Origin: an uncultured delta proteobacterium | GTDB lineage: Bacteria > Myxococcota > Myxococcia > Myxococcales > Myxococcaceae | Reading direction: 5' to 3' | NCBI GenBank assembly: GCA_963776345.1 | Contig: CAVZMH010000020.1 | Span: forward strand, 80,004-144,003 | Length of the DNA stretch: 64,000 nucleotides | Shown: in pieces, positions 60,782 through 64,000 of the stretch | How the letters are laid out: each line of letters begins with the position of its first letter | How positions within the stretch are numbered: the stretch's first letter is position 1 | Notes under the pieces: generated by a model | The model's input: only the letters and a program-made list of their open reading frames with translations | Told to the model about the DNA's origin: nothing | Databases searched by the model: none | Made by a program: the position numbers and the translations under genes

Positions 60782-62017
60782 TCACAGGAGGACGTGGACC
60801 TGGAAGAGGGCGCCGAGGCTGGAGGTCGAGCCGCCGGTCTGCGGCTGCTGGCGGAGGAAGAGGTCGATCCGAAACTCGACGTGGCTCCAGGGGAACCAGT
60901 CCAGGGTGATCCACTCGCCGAGCGCCAGGCCCCCCACGTCCCCGTACTGCTTCAAGGTCTCGAAGGCTGGCATGACGTGGAACCCCTGGATGGGCTCCCA
61001 GTCGAGCTGGGTCCAGGTGGCCGAGCCGGCCTCCAGTACCCCGGTGCCCAGCCGCTGCTGGAGGAGGATGTCCGCCTCGGAGAGCAGGCCGAGCTGAGGG
61101 AGGATTCCCCAGCGGAGGAACGCCCCGTGGGCCTGGCGGAGCGTGGGCACGCCGGTGGCCAGGCCGCGGTCGGCGCGGGTGACGAGGCTGCTCACCCCGA
61201 GCGCCGTCGAGGGCGCCACCATGGCCTCCACGTAGCCGGAGTAGCCGCGCTCCCGGTAGTCGTCGGGCTTGAGCTGGTAGTTGCCGGCGATGGCCATGAT
61301 CTCGCCCCGCACCGTCTCGCCGGCGAGCAGGAGCGACGCGCCGTACTGCTGGCCCTCGTTGATGTCGGTCCGGGTGGAGGAGCGCACCCAGGCGGTGTGC
61401 TCGACGTTCCGGAGCCCGAAGGGGAGGTTCATGCGGCCGGCGCGCACCAGCCCCGCCTCCTCGCCGATCTCCCACCCCGCCCAGAACTCACGGGCCACGA
61501 TGTTGTTCACGCTGCAATCGGGGCAGGGGGGCTGATTGGAGGTGACGCTGATCCCCGAGGGGGGGTACGGCAGCCAGCCGATGGTCCCCGAGGCGCGGAA
61601 GCGTCCGATGCGCAGGCCGACCCGGAGGTCGGCCAGCATGTGGAGCCAGCGCTGGTCGGTGGCGGTGCTCAGCTGCTGCCCGGCGTCGTTGCTGGTGGTG
61701 GAGCGAGCGACCAGCTCGCCGCCGCGGTAGCTGAACCCGAGGAACAGCCAGTCGGGGAGCTTGAAGAGCCCGAACCCGAAGTCGGCGGTGGGGCTGGCCT
61801 CGTCGGACTTCTCCGAGGACCAGCGGGTGGCCATCAGGAGGTCCGACTGCGCCCGCCCGTAGTCGGTCAGCTGTCCGCCGCCGGACGGATCGAGGTGGCA
61901 GACCCCGCACCCGCTGTACCCGTGGCGGATCATCCACGGGTACGCGTGCGCCGCGCCCGGGACGGCAAGCGCGGCGAGCAGGAGGAGGAGGGGACCGCCG
62001 CGGCGGCTACGTCTCAT
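60782..62017 (-). CDS. Putative monoheme cytochrome-beta-barrel fusion
   Basis: Signal peptide, YPWMIRHGYSGCGVCH...LTDYGR, RAGRMNLPFG, and barrel end FQVHVLL. Confidence 0.7.
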   Translation of the reverse strand: MRRSRRGGPLLLLLAALAVPGAAHAYPWMIRHGYSGCGVCHLDPSGGGQLTDYGRAQSDLLMATRWSSEKSDEASPTADFGFGLFKLPDWLFLGFSYRGGELVARSTTSNDAGQQLSTATDQRWLHMLADLRVGLRIGRFRASGTIGWLPYPPSGISVTSNQPPCPDCSVNNIVAREFWAGWEIGEEAGLVRAGRMNLPFGLRNVEHTAWVRSSTRTDINEGQQYGASLLLAGETVRGEIMAIAGNYQLKPDDYRERGYSGYVEAMVAPSTALGVSSLVTRADRGLATGVPTLRQAHGAFLRWGILPQLGLLSEADILLQQRLGTGVLEAGSATWTQLDWEPIQGFHVMPAFETLKQYGDVGGLALGEWITLDWFPWSHVEFRIDLFLRQQPQTGGSTSSLGALFQVHVLL

Positions 62018-62558
62018 CCAGGACGAATGCGACGTTGACGTCCACCGGCGGCTTCACCGTGGCGCCGAGGTAGTTGGGGATCTCGATCCCGAACTCGCGG
62101 AAATCCACCTTGAGGTCCCCCTTCACGTCGTAGGCGTGGCCCTGGCGCGAGGCCTTGTAATGCACCGACACCGTCTTGGACTGCCCGTGGAGCGCCAGCG
62201 TCGCCGGGATGGTGCCCTCGGTGGTCTGGCCCTCGGTCGGGAACTTGATGGCGCTCCGCGCGACCGCGAGCTGGGCGTTGGGGTACTTCTGGCTCTCCAG
62301 ATATTTCTGCTGCATGTGGTGGTCGCGGAGCGAGATGCCCGTCTCCAGCTTGGCGAGGGGCACGGTGACCACCACCGCGTCCGGCCGGTCCGTGACCTGG
62401 AGCTCGTTGGACTTGCCCTCGATGCGCAGCCCGGCGGGCCCGAGCGCGACGAAGTTGATCTGCGCCGGGGCGCGCGCCTTCAGGGCGGCGCCGGCCCCGG
62501 CGGGCAGCGCGGAGAGCAGCAACAGGGAGAGCACTCGATGCGTCTTGTTCATGTTCAT
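62007..62558 (-). CDS. YceI-family polyisoprenoid-binding protein
   Basis: LETGISLRDHHM, LALHGQSK, FREFGI. Confidence 0.85.
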   Translation of the reverse strand: MNMNKTHRVLSLLLLSALPAGAGAALKARAPAQINFVALGPAGLRIEGKSNELQVTDRPDAVVVTVPLAKLETGISLRDHHMQQKYLESQKYPNAQLAVARSAIKFPTEGQTTEGTIPATLALHGQSKTVSVHYKASRQGHAYDVKGDLKVDFREFGIEIPNYLGATVKPPVDVNVAFVLDET

Positions 62559-62648
62559 GGGGGACTCTAGCGCGCGGGGTCTTCTGGGAGGGTGCCGCTC
62601 ACAATTGCCGGATCCGTGGCCCGTCCGTCAGTGACCGGTCCGGGGCCG

Positions 62649-63953
62649 CTACAGGCCCAGGCGGAAGCCCAGCTCTCCTCCGAACGCCGCGGCCCTCGCA
62701 CTTTCTGCGCTTCCAGGCGCGTTCAGGTTGTAGGTCTCCTGCGCGAAGGTCCCGGCGAGGAACAGCCGGAGCGGACGCGACACCTGCCAGGTCACCCCCA
62801 GCCGGCCCTCGAAGGCGGGCCCGGCGCTCTGGTCGGGGAAGGCCGTGTCCAGCCCGGTGGACAGCACCAGGAGGTAGTTGAATTCTGCGGTGAGCCCGAA
62901 CGCCCCGGCGATGGGCCCGCCCGCCTCCAGCCCGAGGCGGACCGCCTTGGCGTCGACGGTGGGGATGCCATCCAGTGTGGTGCCCTGCGAGTTCGGGTTG
63001 ATCGACTGGTGTGACAGACGGAAGCCCACGCCCGGCCCGAGCGTCCAGCTCCCGAGCCGCATCCGGACCCGGAGCCCCACGTCCATCCACCACAGGCTCA
63101 AGGGGAACTTCGGCGCCGCCGGATTGTTGCCGGCGAGCACCGTCCCCAGCGCCACCGCGCCGGACAGCTCGAGCCCGGCGGAGGCGAAGAAGCCCTCCGG
63201 CGAGCGCAGGGGGTAGATGCCCAGCCGCGCCCTGGGCTCGGTGAAGAGCCCCAGGCTGTACGTGCGGAGCCCGCCGGCGGGGTCGTAGCCCGAGTAGGTC
63301 CAGCTCCGGTGGAGCAGCTGGGCGGCGATCTCCAGCTCGAACAGGTCCGGCCTCGGAGGCCCGCCGACCTCGGCCGCGGCGCTGGCCGAGGGAGGGGCGA
63401 TGTCCGTCCCCGCAGGCGGCGGGGCGATCTCTCCCGGTGGCGGGGGCGCGATCTCCCCGGGCGGAGGGGCCGCCGCGGCCGCCGCTCCCGCAGCGGCCTG
63501 GGGAGCCGGCTTGGGGGCCGGAGCGGGTGCGGGCGGCGCAGCCGAGGGCGGAGCGCGAGCGGCGGCGACGATGCCGTCGCGGATCTGCGCCAGCGTGGTC
63601 GAGGAGATGCGCCCGTTGACGATGGTGAAGCGCTCCCGCCAGGCCAGTTGCCCCTGGGGGGTGACGAAGCTGACCTCCAGCACCTGGGGCCGGGTGGCCT
63701 TGGACAGCCCGCCGACCACCACGCCCTCGAGCTTCGCCCGGCGCACCTTGTCCCAGTCGACCTTCTTGCCGGTCATCACCTGGGAGGCGGGGACGCAGCC
63801 CATCTTCCCGCAGATGGTGGACGAGAGCTGGCGCTCCAGGGTGTGGTTCCGGGGTCCGCTGAGCGGGAGCACCGCCACCCGCGCGGCGGCGGGCGTGGCA
63901 GCGAGCACCAGCACGAGCGCGGCGAGGCGTGGGGCGAAGGGGGAGGGCGTCAC
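62649..63953 (-). CDS. Exported protein with Pro/Ala linker and beta-barrel, paralog of 58642-60057
   Basis: Signal peptide, VAVLPLSGP, and strands ending GELGFRLGL. Confidence 0.65.
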   Translation of the reverse strand: MTPSPFAPRLAALVLVLAATPAAARVAVLPLSGPRNHTLERQLSSTICGKMGCVPASQVMTGKKVDWDKVRRAKLEGVVVGGLSKATRPQVLEVSFVTPQGQLAWRERFTIVNGRISSTTLAQIRDGIVAAARAPPSAAPPAPAPAPKPAPQAAAGAAAAAAPPPGEIAPPPPGEIAPPPAGTDIAPPSASAAAEVGGPPRPDLFELEIAAQLLHRSWTYSGYDPAGGLRTYSLGLFTEPRARLGIYPLRSPEGFFASAGLELSGAVALGTVLAGNNPAAPKFPLSLWWMDVGLRVRMRLGSWTLGPGVGFRLSHQSINPNSQGTTLDGIPTVDAKAVRLGLEAGGPIAGAFGLTAEFNYLLVLSTGLDTAFPDQSAGPAFEGRLGVTWQVSRPLRLFLAGTFAQETYNLNAPGSAESARAAAFGGELGFRLGL

Positions 63954-64000
63954 CGGCGGGTCTGGCCCTAGCTTGTCACGAGACCCCTCGATCCATCACT

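Overview
A very GC-rich bacterial window, most consistent with a myxobacterium (Myxococcota). The support for that is the pilX-tfcP-pilY1-pilV-pilW-fimU minor-pilin cluster and the FHA/DUF4388, DUF3761 and Cys-rich proteins. Positions 1-34 kb are mostly core genes (mutY, tcdA, tatD, maf, UvrD/Rep helicase, rplM-rpsI, a pilT paralog, recX, bamD, selD, amidase, rph, rdgB), ending at tRNA-Pro(TGG). Positions 34-64 kb are accessory and contain tRNA-Arg(TCT). The most notable locus is a tightly linked 8-gene operon (36794-45695, minus strand). It joins a Cyc2-like cytochrome-porin fusion and a type-1 copper cupredoxin to an alternative-complex-III/Qrc-like module with no terminal oxidase, suggesting an outer-membrane-to-quinone electron conduit. 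A second heme-barrel gene with the same motif spacing sits behind yceI. Signals missed by the ORF track: selD has an in-frame TGA (selenocysteine) plus a SECIS-like hairpin; a palindromic repeat family abuts TAG stop codons at three sites; an orphan 126-bp element has perfect 23-bp inverted arms; and vapBC has a leaderless promoter/operator. About eight genes carry 1-2 bp frameshifts that look like long-read consensus errors, so apparent fusions and pseudogenes need caution. All family assignments come from motif recognition, not database searches.
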